DNA from: Scyliorhinus canicula
Lineage: Eukaryota
Direction of reading: 5' to 3'
DNA: 64,000 nucleotides
Assembly: GCF_902713615.1 (NCBI RefSeq)
Contig: NW_024055453.1
Coordinates: forward strand, 186,001-250,000
The position numbers were made by a program, and so were the translations under genes. The notes under the pieces are model-generated. The model saw only the letters and a list, made by a program, of their open reading frames with translations. It was not told the DNA's origin and ran no database searches. Of this stretch, positions 38,800-51,238 are shown in pieces; position 1 is the stretch's first letter, and the number at the start of each line of letters is the position of its first letter.

Positions 38800-39950
38800 C
38801 TCAGAGTCGGATTGGTAGGATTATGCCGGAAAAAGTGAAGAAATCATTGCTAAACAGCGCAGGTGGATTCAGCGGGAATGGAGCCGCCTTTTCATCATGG
38901 CGGCCTGACCCTCGGGAGGTCTCGACCCCCCGCTCTCCAGGGCTCTCTGGGAGGCGGCGTAAATGATAACTGCCGACATTATCCATGGTTTTGACCAGAG
39001 GCTGAGTGTGCTGACTCAATATCTGTGAGCTCATGTGGCCCAGTTGCAAAACCCCATGAAGAGGCTTGATGATCCGGAGGAGAAAATCCTGAACATTCAG
39101 CAAGATGCCTCAAATCTAATCCGTTGAAAACCAGCTGAGTGGCTGGCGGAGGTCCTGGAGGACCGAGGGTCAGAGAAAGAACATCTGAGCCGTTGGCCTG
39201 TCTGATGGTCATAACAGAATGTACAGCGCAGGAGGCCACTCGGCCCATTGAGTCTGAGCCCAAATCCCATCCCCGTAACACAGTAACCCCACCTAACCTT
39301 TTATTTGGGCACTAAGGGAAATTTATCATGGCCAATTCACCTAACCTGCACATCTTAGGACTCTGGGAGGAAACCTACGCAGACATGGGGAGAACGTGCA
39401 GATTCCAGACAGACAGTGACCCAAGCCAGGAATCGAACCTGGGACCTTGGAGCATTGGAGCAACTGTGCTAACCACTGTGCTACCGTGCTGCCCAAAAAT
39501 GCTGTTATTTTTTGTCCATTTAGTGTGGAGGGTAAGACTCCCGTTAGGTTCTTCAAGGACCGACTGCCACGTTTTCTCAAGCTGGATGTAAAGCCTGGGC
39601 GTTTCAAATTAGAAACGGTGCATCGGTCTGTGAGTCCGAGGGATAGTTTTCATCCAGGCCAGTAATAATTCGCTTCCACAACTTGAAAGAAGGTCCTGGA
39701 GAGGGAACGACGAGGTAGCACCTGGCTCCAGGAAGGAGTGAGGATTTACGTGTTCCAGGACTTTTCGGCAGCAACACAAACGAATCGTCGAGGCTTCGAT
39801 GAAGTTCAAAGGCAGCTCAAGGCTGTGGGGAGTGAATTACGTCAGGCTTTATCCTGAGACCCGAAAAATGGTATCCAACAACTCCATCAAATCTTTCAAT
39901 AATCCAACTATTGCCTTGGTCTTCATTAAATCCATGAAGGGCAACGATCT
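38800..39950 (+). mobile_element. L1 (LINE-1 clade) ORF1 remnant, interrupted by a SINE
   Basis: Decayed ENRSRRNNIRIVGLPEG-like stretch at ~39125-39210, and EGVRIYVFQDFSAATQTNRRGFDEVQRQLKAVGVNYVRLYPE at ~39733-39858, typical of the fish L1 ORF1p C-terminal domain. Confidence 0.7.
39205..39492 (-). mobile_element. tRNA-derived SINE inserted in L1 ORF1
   Basis: Reverse-complement SINE from tail (acagaatgtacagcgcaggaggcc) to head (gctaccgtgctgccc). Confidence 0.85.
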
Positions 39951-40229
39951 CGAGGGATGGTTTGCAGCTCGGGCTAACTCAGGTTCTAATCCAGACTCTT
40001 TCCCTGTCATGGTATTGTCTGAATTTCAGAATCACAGAAATACACACAGGGACAGGAGTAGACCATTCAGCCCTTCATAGAACAAAGAACAGTACAGCAC
40101 AGAACAGGCCCTTCGGCCCTCAATGTTGTGCCGAGCCATGATCACCCTACTCAAACCCACGTATCCACCCTATACCCGTAACCCAGACTGATCAGTGACC
40201 TAACCCCATATCCATTAATATCTTTGCTC

Positions 40230-40590
40230 AACAAAACTCAGATTTAAACTTAACAACTGTTCCAGCTTCACCTGCTGTTTGTGGGAAAGAGTTCCAAACC
40301 TCTCCCACCCCGTGTGTGAAGATGTTCTTCCTAACATCTCTCCTGAACGGTCCAGCCCTGATTTTTAGACAATGATCCCTAGTTTTAGCATCTCCAACCA
40401 GTGGAAATAGTTGATCTTTATCTACCCTGTCTTTCCCTGTTAATATCTTAAATATTTCAATTAGATCACACCTTAAATGTCCAAATTCTAGCGAAAACAG
40501 GACTAATTTGTGGTTAAAACTTTGGGTCAGAGCCGCTGCGATCTCTCCCTCGCCTCCCACAGCATCCTGTGACACAATTCATCCAGAATT
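40230..40590 (-). mobile_element. CR1 LINE 3' fragment
   Basis: LFSLEFGHLRCDLIEIFKILTGKDRVDKDQLFPLVGDAKTRDHCLKIR. Confidence 0.85.
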
Positions 40591-41229
40591 AGTAATCTAA
40601 TAATCTTATGGGTGGTATGGTAGGTTAGCACCAGGGACCTGGATTTGATTCCGCAGTTGGTTCACTGTCTGTGGGGAGTCTGTATGTTCTCTCTGTGTTT
40701 GCATGGGGTTTTTCCGGGTGCTCCAGTTTCCTCCCACAAGATGAACTTGTTAGGTGAATTGGACATTCTGAATTCTCACTCTGTGTACCCGAACAGGCTC
40801 CAGAGTGTGGCGACTGGGGGATTTTCAGTGTAACTTCATTGCTGTGTTAATGTAAACCTCCTTGTGGCAATAATAAAGATTATTATGAATGGGCCAAAGG
40901 GCCTCTATCCGTGCTGTAAAGAGAGGGAATGAAAAGAGAGGGAATGAATGAGAAGGACTTTACAGAGAAACTGCCAAAGCCACAACATTCACCAGCTCGA
41001 AGGACACACCTTAGCTCCCTTTCCAATCTGAAAGCAGCCTGAGCTGGATTTACATTCCCCTTAATTCATCATTGCTGGGTGATAATCCTGTACTTCCTTA
41101 CCTCACACCACTGTGACAGCACCTTCACTACACAGACTGCAGCAACTGACCAAACATCACCTTCCCAGTTATTCCTGAATAACCTGGGCCTTCCCAACCT
41201 GGCCCCTTGCCTGAGGTGTGGTGATCCTC

Positions 41230-41360
41230 AGGTCACATCACCGCCGGTCAGCTCTCTCTCCCGGGACCAGGCCCTGCTTCACAGCCGCCATCTTGGGGAA
41301 CCAGAGCGCATGCGCTGGCATCTTGGTGACGCAACAGCTGGTGGGCGGGACCTGAAGGTT
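41230..41360 (-). promoter_or_regulatory. Promoter module likely driving ZNF-H
   Basis: YY1 AAGATGGCGGC on the minus strand (gccgccatctt, ~41285-41295), NRF1 GCGCATGCGC (~41307-41316), GC box gggcggga, and a minus-strand GGTAAG donor near 41097. Confidence 0.6.
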
Positions 41361-41744
41361 TCTGTTCCCAACCGGGTCCTAGTGCCCTGAGGTCGACAAA
41401 ATTGCAACAGGTTTTTTAAATGTTTCACCCACTCCCAGGCTGAAGCTGATGTTTGCAGGCTGGAGGTGTCTCTGTATCGCGGATACATTCAGTGCGAGAG
41501 GCTACAGCCTCTATATAGCTACCTGAAGGGGGTTATACAACGGGTGATTACATTTCGTGGTCGTTTCCTGTCCATTATCAGGATGTTTGTGTGATTTTTC
41601 TGACCCTCAGCGTGATATTTCTTTATTTAAAATACATTTCAGCAGCAAACTTACTGGTGATTTTTAAAGGAATAAAGGTTATTTATTTTCACAACCTTTC
41701 CCTGGATGTTTGCGCATCTAAGTATCACGGTACTTGCGCATAGG

Positions 41745-42076
41745 GTATCACGGTAGCATGGTGGTTAGCATAAATGCTTCACAGCTCCAGGGTCCCAGGT
41801 ACGATTCCCGGCTGGGTCACTGTCTGTGTGGAGTCTGCACGTCCTCCCCGTGTGTGCGTGGGTTTCCTCCGGGTGCTCCGGTTTCCTCCCACAGTCCAAA
41901 GATGTGCGGGTTAGGTGGATTGGCCATGCTAAATTGCCCGTAGTGTCCTAATAGTAAGGTTAAGGGGGGGAGTTGTTGGGTTACGGGTATAGGGTGGGTT
42001 TGAGTAGGGTGATCATTGCTCAGCACAACATCGAGGGCCGAAGGGCCTGTTCTGTGCTGTACTGTTCTATGTTCTA
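41745..42076 (+). mobile_element. tRNA-derived SINE (near full length)
   Basis: A box tggttagcataa, B box ggtacgattcc, core, and ttctatgttcta tail. Confidence 0.9.
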
Positions 42077-42739
42077 AGTCTCTTGGCTCTTCCACTCACT
42101 GACATAAACAGAAATTCGGTACAGGTCAAGTTGAAGCTGTGATGATGAACATGGAATGTAGACTGCAATCTTTATATCGCTGCAGGTCTGTTATCCTCTT
42201 ATTGAGGTGATCCTTTAGTTGGAGTGAAGGTTTTTAGACACAAATAATTCTCATGAGTCTCTGAAGCTTCTCATATGAAGACATAGGAGCAGAATTAGGC
42301 CATTTGGTCCATCGAGTCTGCTCCGCCATTCAATCATGGCTGATAAGCCTACTTGTGACAGTAAATATTATTATTATTATGGGCGGGGGGGGTTACTCTG
42401 GCAGCCGACTTCTGTTCCGTGGACTTGTCTATTCCCAGTGGCCCTGCAGAGGGAGCAGGCGATATCCAACGGAATGCTTGACACCTTCCACACCCAGTGG
42501 ATTCCTCAGCGGACAGTGTTTCAGAGACACTGGGAACAATATTCTGGTTCAGTTAGGAAGGTTCCCTACACTTTTGTTGGGACTTCTAGCTGATTTTGGT
42601 CTTATATTTTGACTCGACCACATGCTTGGGAAAAGCAAGAGAGGAAAGAAGGTTCGATATAAACTAGAATGATATGTTGTGAATTTCTATCCCATTCTTA
42701 GTGAGCACAGTGATCATTTTGTAAACTTATTTTTCAGGC

Positions 42740-42990
42740 ATTAGAACGGGAGGATTGGCAGCTGGGCAACTCGAACCAAATATAACATCAAGATCTGACA
42801 GTCACTCAATTCATTAGGATCTAAATATCACAAACTGTCAATGTGCTTGTCTGTTCGGACTGTGGGAAGAGATTTCAAACATCAGTGTGACTGGAAAAGC
42901 CCCGAGACTCACACACACCAGAGTGGGAGTGTTCCAGTGAACTGACTGTGGAAAGGGCTTCAACCAGTTACACAGCCTGAAAAATCATCT
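42740..42990 (+). pseudogene. Zinc-finger exon remnant (ZNF-I), truncated by a CR1 fragment
   Basis: tgttcggactgtgggaagagatttcaaacatcagtgtgactggaaaagc...gactgtggaaagggcttcaaccagttacacagcctgaaaaa matches the leader fingers of the other ZNF exons. Confidence 0.6.
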
Positions 42991-43365
42991 TGTTTCGTCT
43001 TGTGGGACAGTCTGAGGGCATAATCTCAGAGTAAGGAGTCTCAAATTTAGGACAGAGACGAGGAAGCATTCTTCCATCGGAGGGCAGTGAATCTGTGGAA
43101 TTCTTCAGCTGTGCAATCATTCTGTCTCTGGAATTTACCATAAAAAGGCAAAGGTGAAGGTGTCTTATCCCGGATGGGCCGCTTGGTGGCGCAGTCGCTC
43201 TTTCACTGAGGGGCCTTGAGTTCAGACACATCCCAGACAGGCCTGGTGAGAAATATCTGTCTGGGAAAGGGGAGAAAACTGTATAATCGGGGAAAAGGAT
43301 CAGTGCCGATGGACCTGAGAGAAAGGAGTTCAGATTAGTCTTATTTTTTCATTTTTGATTCAATA

Positions 43366-43406
43366 TTTATTAAAATTTCAGCGAAAGTATTACACAAAAG
43401 TTTATT
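43366..43406 (-). terminator. Poly(A) signals for membrane IgM mRNA
   Basis: AATAAA on the minus strand at 43401-43406 and 43366-43371, ~0.4 kb downstream of the TM2 stop. Confidence 0.6.
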
Positions 43407-43811
43407 TTGATGTTTATAAAAGGGAACATAGCGATTGAGGGTCACAGTGAGAACAGAACACACGCCCTCTGAGCTGCCAAATGTATGTACAACTGTAACA
43501 GACACAAGAGAGAACAGGAGCTCAACATAAAGGGAAGAAAACTGTTGTGAATAAGGTACGAGATAAGTTACTTATTTAGACATGACATTGAGAGAAATTA
43601 TTAGCTACAATTACATTACAGCCAAAATTATCTCGTACATTTTAAACTGAAAAGCAGAAATACTGTCCATGATTGTCTCAGTTACAGATGCACAATAATA
43701 AACTGAGATAATTTTACTGTTAGAGTCACCAAGAGGAGATATTGTATTTCTGTCACACACAGATCATAATAAACAGCTGAGGGAAATCTACAGCATCCGA
43801 ACGTCAACCCA

Positions 43812-43820
43812 TCACTTGAT
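43812..43820 (-). CDS. IGHM: IgM TM2 exon coding part (ATC AAG TGA = I-K-stop)
   Basis: Acceptor catcattttctctctcttttacag|ATCAAGTGA, phase 0 as required after TM1. Confidence 0.8.
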   Translation of the reverse strand: MK

Positions 43821-43960
43821 CTGTAAAAGAGAGAGAAAATGATGAAGCAGATGTTTATGATCTGGGACATTGATGTTAGAGTTTTTAATCAATCAAACAT
43901 TTAGAGATGTTTTAAACGGCCTCTGTCAGTTTGATGTGTGAGTGGATTGAATCTTCTCAC

Positions 43961-44088
43961 CTTCACCAGAGTGACTGCAGCGCTGTAGGAAATGCTCAGG
44001 AAGAACAGGGTGATGAATGTGGAAGCGGTTGTCCAGATGTTGCCGTTATCATCCTCATTGTCTTCAGTCCAGGTGTGGTCTGTGGTAT
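43961..44088 (-). CDS. IGHM: IgM TM1 (transmembrane) exon
   Basis: ctattcccgtag|(D)TTDHTWTEDNEDDNGNIWTTASTFITLFFLSISYSAAVTLVK|gtgag; conserved Ig transmembrane (CART-type) motif; phase 1 matches the internal Cmu4 donor at 47990. Confidence 0.93.
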
Positions 44089-44254
44089 CTACGGGAATAG
44101 AGCCGAATAAATATAATCAGATTGTTTATTAATCCAGGATATGTTTTTAATATTCTCGTTTCATTTTCTCCCGCTGCTAATTCATTCTTTAATATATTTG
44201 TCATTTCATATCTACTGTTGAGTTCGTGACACTCAGAAATCGATCTCTGTAACT

Positions 44255-44755
44255 TAATTTTTCCAATTAAGGGGCAAGTTAGCATGGTCAATCCACCTAG
44301 CCTGCGCATCTTTGGGTTGTCGGGGTGTGACCCACGGGTCATGGAGAAACTCCACAGGGACACAGACCCAGGAGCAGGATCGTGAGGCAGCAGTGCTAAC
44401 CATTGCGTCACCGTGCCGCCCTTGCCTGATGTTTGTGTTTGTTCTTTAGCTTTTGTATCTGTGTAGATGCGAAATTCGTGTTTCTTTACTCTTCGTTTGT
44501 GTGTCCCGATGTCTTTATAAGTGTCATTGTACGGCAGCACGGTGACACAGTGGTTAGCATCGCTGCCTACGTCGCTGAGGACCTGGGATCGAATCCCGGC
44601 CCTGGGTCACTGTCCGCGTGGAGTTTGCACATTCTCCCCGTGTCTGCGTGCGTTTCACCCCCACAACCCAAAGACGTGCAGGTTAGGTGGATTGGCCATG
44701 CTAAATTGCCCCTTAATTGGAAAAAATAATTGGCTACCCTAAATTTAAAAAAAAT
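44255..44755. mobile_element. Head-to-head inverted SINE pair (44255-44421 minus; 44532-44755 plus)
   Basis: Two copies of the short SINE subfamily in opposite orientation ~110 bp apart; a third SINE (minus) lies at 45028-45345. Confidence 0.8.
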
Positions 44756-45349
44756 AAGTGTCAATGAAAATTGATTTGTGTGTCAGCGCCTGTTTGTAAA
44801 TTTATCTTAAATCAATGTGTATTTATGAATGCTTTATTGTGTGTTTGTGTGTTGAAGTCTATGTTTATATATTAATGCCTGTGTTAATATAAGTTTATAC
44901 TTCCCTGCCCAGTAATAAAAGTGTTAATGTGTCTTTATACGTTCAACATGCATGTCATTGTCTTAATGTTTGTGTCTGGATAAGTGCGTTTGTGTGTGTG
45001 TATGTTTGTTGATGCGTGTATTTCATCATAGAATCATCATCGTATAATCCCGACTGTGCCGAACGAGGCCATTCTGCAAGAGTCTGCACCGACCCTCGGA
45101 AAGAGCACCCTCCCTGGACTCATGCCCCTGCCCTGTCCCCAGAACCTGGTAACCCCACCTAACATTGTGGGCACTAAGGGGTAATACAGCATGGCCAATC
45201 CACCGAACGTGCACATCTTTGGACTGTGGGAGGAAACCGGAGCACCCGTAGGAAACAGGAACAGACACGGGAGAACGTGGGAACACCACACAGTCACCCA
45301 AGGCTGGAATTGAACCCGGGTTTATGGCGCTGTGAGGCAGTAGTGCTAT

Positions 45350-46050
45350 TTATGCATTGATGGTTGTTTATAACTATCTATTGATGTGTATTGATGATTC
45401 TATGTGTATTGATATGTGTTCGTGTTAGCGTGTGTACAAGTCTGCTAATATGTGTCGGCGTGAGCCCATTAGTGTGTTAATGTGGATTATTGTCTCTGAA
45501 TGGAAATATTTCTGTCATCGTGAAATTCTGCTAATGTATATGTTATTGGTTACATTTGTGTTTAATATTCTTCTGTCAGCCTGCTTGTCTGGTTTTATAT
45601 GTTTGTGTATCTGTGTGGACATGTGGCTGTATGTGTCTGTTTGTGTACATTTGTGTAGCCGCTTGTGTGTGTGGGTTAGCGTGTGTATGTGTGGATGTAG
45701 ACGTGTTCCTGTCTCTGTATAAATGTGGGCTTGTTTGTGTTTATGTGCATGTTTGTGAATTTTTGCGCACGTTTGCGTGTGTTTTGTGTCAAAATATGTG
45801 TGGTTCGTTGTGCCTGGGTGTATGTTTATGCATGTGTTTCTATGTGTGTGTCCATGTGTGTGATTGTGTCCACGTGTGAGCGTGTGTGTGTTTGTGGGTC
45901 TGTGTGCATGTGTGTGTAGTGTCTGTGTCTGTTTATCTGTCTGTGTATTTGTATCAGCTGCCTGTAGCTTTGCCAGTTGTGGGTATTATTGGTACCGATG
46001 TAGAATATGTTGAACTTTCTGCTTATAAGTGTGTTTTGTGTGAGTTGCAA
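45350..46050. repeat. Degenerate (TG)n-rich low-complexity tract (also 44770-45020)
   Basis: Dense gtgtgt/tgtg runs visible directly. Confidence 0.85.
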
Positions 46051-46519
46051 GCTGACATCAGGTGACCGAATGCAAAAATACAAGGAGGTGCCTCAGGAGA
46101 GAACAGTGAAAACCCAGCGAGAATTCAATCACCAGTCTGGATTTGGATTATGGGGAGTCGGTCTCAGCAAACGGATAAGAGGGACAAGGGTGCTAAAAAA
46201 TTCTGTTGCATAAATAGATACTTTAAGAACATCTTTATCATGATGGTCTTTTAAACCCTTCAGCCAGTAAGCTACATGCCGTCTTGTCATTTCAGTAACT
46301 GATTTCGTCGTCTAGTGAACGGTTTACTTCCAAACTCCCTGCTTGGGGACTGGGAAGATATTGAGTTAATAATCTCCCTCTCTTTGGTCAGCTCAGCAAA
46401 TTGCCTTTGGGTTCTCCCTGCTGGAGGTGGAGATACAGAGAGTTCACTCGTCACCTTCCTCCTCTTTTGGTTGGGAAAGTGGAGGTAAAATGGGTCAGTA
46501 TTGCCCCTTAGCTCTCTTT

Positions 46520-47465
46520 GTTGGGGAAGTGTGGGTACAGTGGATTAAATAATGCCGCTCCACTCATTGTTGGAAGCAGGGGTATAGTGGATTACTCAGG
46601 TCCCACCGTCTCTTTGTTGGGGAAGTGAGGGTACAGTGTGTTAACTAATGCCCCTCCCCCTCGCTTTGCTGGGGAAATTGAGGTACAGTGTGTTAACTAA
46701 TGCCCCTCCTCCTCGCTTTGCTGGGGAAATTGAGGTACAGTGTGTAACTAATGCCCCTCCCCCTCGCTTTGCTGGGGAAATTGAGGTACAGTGTGTAACT
46801 AATGCCCCTCGCCTCTCTTTGCTGTGGAAGTGGAGGTAGTGTGTTAACTAATGCCCCTACCCATCTCTTTGCTGTGGAAGTGGAGGTACAGTGTGTTAAC
46901 TAATGTCCCTACCCCTCTCTTTGCCTGGGAAGTGCCGGTACAATGCATTAAGTAATGCTCCTCTTCCTCTCTTTGCTGTGGAATAGGGTTACAGTGGATT
47001 AACTAATGCCCCTTCCCCTCTCTCTTTTGAAGAAGTGGGGGTACAGTGGATTAACTAATGCCCCTCCCCTCCCTCTGTTGAGGAAGTGGGGGTACAGTGG
47101 ATTAATTAATGCCCCTCCCCCTCCCTCTGTTCAGGAGGTGGGGGTACAGTACATTAACTAATGCCCCTCCCCCTCTCTCTTTTGGGGAAGTGGGGGTACA
47201 GCGGATTAACTAATGCCCCTCCCCCTCCCTCTGTTGAGGAAGTGGGGGTACAGTGGAATAACTAATGCCCCTCCCCCTCTTTGTTGGTGAAGTGGGGGTA
47301 CAGTGGAATAACTAATGCCCCTCCCCCTCTTTGTTGGTGAAGTGGGGGTACAGTGGATTAACTAATGCCCCTCCCCATCTCTGTTGGGGAAGCGGGGGTA
47401 TAGTGGATTAACTAATGCCCCTCCCCTTCTCTCTGTTGGTGAAGTGCGGGTACAGTGGATTAACA
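46520..47465. repeat. ~50-54-bp minisatellite in the Cmu4-TM1 intron
   Basis: Unit gtacagtggattaactaatgcccctcccctccctctgttgaggaagtgggg; period 51 at 47041 to 47092; roughly 16-18 copies. Confidence 0.92.
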
Positions 47466-47885
47466 ATTTCACTTTGCCCTCTCACTGACAGGGGATTGTT
47501 GGTCCATGTTTCTGTGTGACCCTCAATTCAGATTGCAGTGGGTGTGATACAGCAATTTAAAGCTGACATCAATTTAAAGGGATGGACAATGAGAGCAGCA
47601 GGAACACCGAGATTTAAATGTGATGGGTTTGTTTGTCTGAAATGGGAAAGTGCCCGACTTCTCCTCAGCGGGAGGAAAGTCAATGAAGATATTTTGCTGA
47701 ATCCTGGAATGAATGAGTTTTACTCTGTCTCTAACCCAGGGTGTATCTGAGCTGGGAGCTCTGGTTGTATCAGACTTGGAGACCTGTAGAAATCCGGGTC
47801 TCATTGAACAGATCTAATATCAGCGAAGTGGAAGCTCCATTAATTAAACGGCTGTACATATAAATCACAATTGGAGGAAAAAAAC

Positions 47886-47900
47886 TTTATTATTTTTATT
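47886..47900 (-). terminator. Tandem poly(A) signals for secreted IgM mRNA
   Basis: AATAAA on the minus strand at 47895-47900 and 47886-47891, ~30 nt after the secretory stop codon. Confidence 0.8.
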
Positions 47901-47927
47901 TTAGTTCGAAATATAACCAATCGATTC

Positions 47928-48319
47928 TCATTGACATGAGTTAACGGTGTCCATCAGAGCGAGGGAAATGTTCACAAAACTGGGTTTACCGCTGGATTTA
48001 TCAACCGTTCTGTTGATGATCTTCAAGGGGATGGCTTCATGTCCCACCACACAGGAGTAAGAAGCGCCGCTGGCCCACTCCTCCGCTGCAATGGATAACA
48101 GGCTGTACATGAAGAAGGAGCTATTGCCGTTCTCCGCCATCACCTCGGTGTTCTTGTAGTTCCCGGGATTCACCGGCTTGTCATTGACGGTCCACTTGAC
48201 GAAGATCTCTCGGGGGGAGAAACCTCTCACTAAGCAGCTGAGGGAGACGAATCTCTGAGCGGAGACGTCTTCAGCCGAGGGCAGGAGGACAGAGACGGAC
48301 GGTTCCCGCGGATTGGGAT
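47928..48319 (-). CDS. IGHM: IgM Cmu4 exon plus secretory tailpiece
   Basis: attttctgcag|(D)[14 protein letters not shown]...[18 protein letters not shown]...[43 protein letters not shown]; tail has N-I-S sequon and penultimate Cys; internal donor AGCG|GTAAAC at 47990. Confidence 0.97.
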
Positions 48320-48559
48320 CTGCAGAAAATGTACAATAAATGTCAATAAAATGGGGAATTCCGGAGACAATGGAACCGCCAGTTAGATGTGGGAGAAATG
48401 TGTTTTGTTTTGGATTTAAAGGTTTCCATTTCCCACTTTGGGATCTGTACGGTTTCCCAGCTCGGAGCAAAGGTGGGCACAATCCTTTTCCCTGAGAATT
48501 TACGGATATTGGATTCGAAAGTTTCAGAAAGTGTACAGCAGGGGAACAGGCCATTCGGC

Positions 48560-49700
48560 CCAACTGTTCTGTGCTGGTGTCTAAACTCCAAACCAGGCTC
48601 CTCCCACCTTACCCCAAGAGGATTGGAAAACTGCCAATGTAACACCCTTATTCAAAAGGGAGGGTGTCAAATACAGGTAACTATAGGCCAGGGACCTTAA
48701 CATCTGTCAGTGGGAAACGGTTCGAGTCCATTATAACGGATCCAATAGCTGAGCATTTAGAAATACACAATAAAATCAGCAGAGTCAGCATGGCTTCGTG
48801 AAGGGGAAATCATGCCTGACAAATTTATTGCCCTTATTTGAGGTGATAAGGAGAAGGCGAGAGAGAGGGGGGACCAGTAGATGTAATATACATAAATTTC
48901 ACAACTGTGTTTAATAAATGAATGGACTATTCCCACGGCTGCAGATGACAAAAATATAAAGGCAAGTAGTGAGGATTACAGAAAATCTAGAGAGGGATAG
49001 AGGCTGCTTAAGTTACTGTGTAAAAACTTGGCAGATGGAACATAATGTTGGAAAATGTGAGGTTAGACACTTTGGTAGGAGGAGGAACATAACGGAATAT
49101 TATTTAGATGGAGAAAGACTGCAGAAAGCTGAGGTAACGGGGGAATTGGGGGTCCTCGCGCTGAAACCACACAAAGCAAGTTCTGCAGGTAATATGGAGA
49201 CAAATTGAATGTTGACATTTATTTTACAGGGAATAGAATATAAACATGGGGCAGTCTGGCTCAAACTATACAAGGCATTAGTTAGACTACACCTGATACA
49301 CTTTGGATAGTTTTGGTGCCCTTATCTAAGGAAGACAGATTGGTTTTGAATCCAGTCCAGAGAAGGATCACGATGTTGATCCCGAGTATGGAGGGATTTT
49401 CTTATGGGGAGAGGTTAAGGAGGCTGGGCCTAGACTGATTGGAGTTTAGAAGAATGAAGGCGGCCTAATTGAGACATGAAAGATTCTCAGGGAGCTTCGG
49501 AGTGTAGTCGCTGAGAGGTTGTTTCCCCTGTGGGAGCATCTCGGACCAGAGTGCAGGATCACATAGTCAATGTTCGCCCATTTCAGACAGAGGTGAGAAG
49601 GAATTTCCTCTCTCAGAGTGTCGGGGAGCTGTGGAATTATTTAACCCAGGGGGCTGTAGATTCTGGGTTGTTCAGTATGTTCAAGGTTGAGAGAGACATA
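48560..49700 (+). mobile_element. Decayed CR1 LINE in the Cmu3-Cmu4 intron
   Basis: WQMEHNVGKCEVRHFGRR...YYLDGERLQ and RPFQTEVRRNFLSQ...LWNYL pieces. Confidence 0.85.
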
Positions 49701-50298
49701 TTTTCAACCAATGGGAGATATGGGATTGGATTTTGTTTATTGTCACGTGTACCGAGGTACAGTGAAAAGTATTTTTCTGCGAGCAGCTCAACAGATCATT
49801 AAGTACATGAAAAGAAAGGGAAATAAAATAAAATACATAACAGGGCAACATAAGGTACACAATGTAACTACTTAACACCGGCATCGGGTGAAGCATACAG
49901 AGGTGTAATGTTAATGAGGTCAGTCCGTAAGAGGGTCGTTTAGGTGTCTGGTAACAGCGGGAGAAGGCGGGAAAGAGGAGTTGAAGATCATCACATCAGA
50001 TCAGTTATGATCTCATTGAAGGCTGGATCAGTGTTGTTGGGCTGAATGGCCTACGTCTGCTCCTACGTCTTGTGGCCATTGGTCTAGCTCCGTCTAAACC
50101 CCATATCACTGCTTTTAATTCATTGTTCCTTCGTCTACGTAGCAATTTCCCCCTTAAGATCAACAGGCCCAAAATATTTAGTCGTGGAATTACCAATCAG
50201 AATGGACCATAAATACACTGAATACTAAATACTGACCGCTGCACTGACACCAGAAATAGACACAATGATTCACTTATTGCTTCAGTTTCACCGCTCAC

Positions 50299-50607
50299 CT
50301 ATTTTTTTGTGGATTGAAATTCTTAAAGGAGTTGGCAGGTCCTGATGGCTCGCCACACAGTCAAACACAGCCCCACTCAGCCAGGCTTGTGTCGAGATGT
50401 TTAATTTGCTGACCACGCTCTCAGTATCTGCCCCAGGCTGGTCGGCAATCTCTGATTTCAGCGGCTTCTTCGCTTCACTCCAGGACACGTTGACTCCATA
50501 AGGACCATTCGAAATGACGCAGGTTAAGGTGACAGTCGCCTCCAGTAAGACCTGTTCTATTGGTGGTGGCAGTATTGTTACTGAGGCGGTAATACAATCA
50601 GAAGGAT
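50299..50607 (-). CDS. IGHM: IgM Cmu3 exon
   Basis: ttttcattcacag|(D)[32 protein letters not shown]...VSW...[24 protein letters not shown]|gtgag; 309 nt, phase 1-1. Confidence 0.96.
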
Positions 50608-51238
50608 CTGTGAATGAAAACATGAAAATCAACACAAGTTTCATCTTCAGAATCAGGACAGAAGGATTCAGCCTTCACTCACTCAATGGGAATAAATCAA
50701 CTTCGAAACTTCTAATGATCGCCATTAATCTTCTGTACACAATGGAAAACCAGTTTGGTCATCTTAAACGATTCTCATTGTGAAATACAGTCAGCACCAA
50801 TGGCATTCTAATGAACGAGTATTGCAGCATTCCCAATACAAATATTCCAATCCTGATCTCGGAAACCTAATACGGAAGGCTGATTTACAAATAGGTTGAA
50901 TGAACTTTCCAACAATTTTCCTTGGAGCTGTTATCAATAAAGGGGTTCAGACACCCACTGCCTCTCAAATATAATCAGCTGTCTCAGGATAAGGCTGATA
51001 TCAAATCCACCTCACTCACTAAATGACTTCAAATTAGAGGGAAACATTTATTTCTCTGCTGATCAAATCCTGAATGGTGAGCAATCCTAATGCAGCTCTT
51101 ACATCAGAATGAAACACAAACTACATGGCGGTAAATTAGAAGTTATTCTGTGCTTTGTCCTGATTTTAATAAATTCCTGATTTGGATTAACATCAGAGTG
51201 CAGGATGATTTATTGTTTCCTCTGTTTGTGTCTCTTAC

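Noticed and set aside
41745-41830. tRNA-like A/B boxes at SINE heads
   Set aside because: No cloverleaf or acceptor stem; they continue into SINE body sequence, so they are not tRNA genes.
46520-47465. GTACAGTG in each minisatellite unit as an RSS heptamer
   Set aside because: It lacks the invariant CAC start and no nonamer lies at 12/23 spacing.
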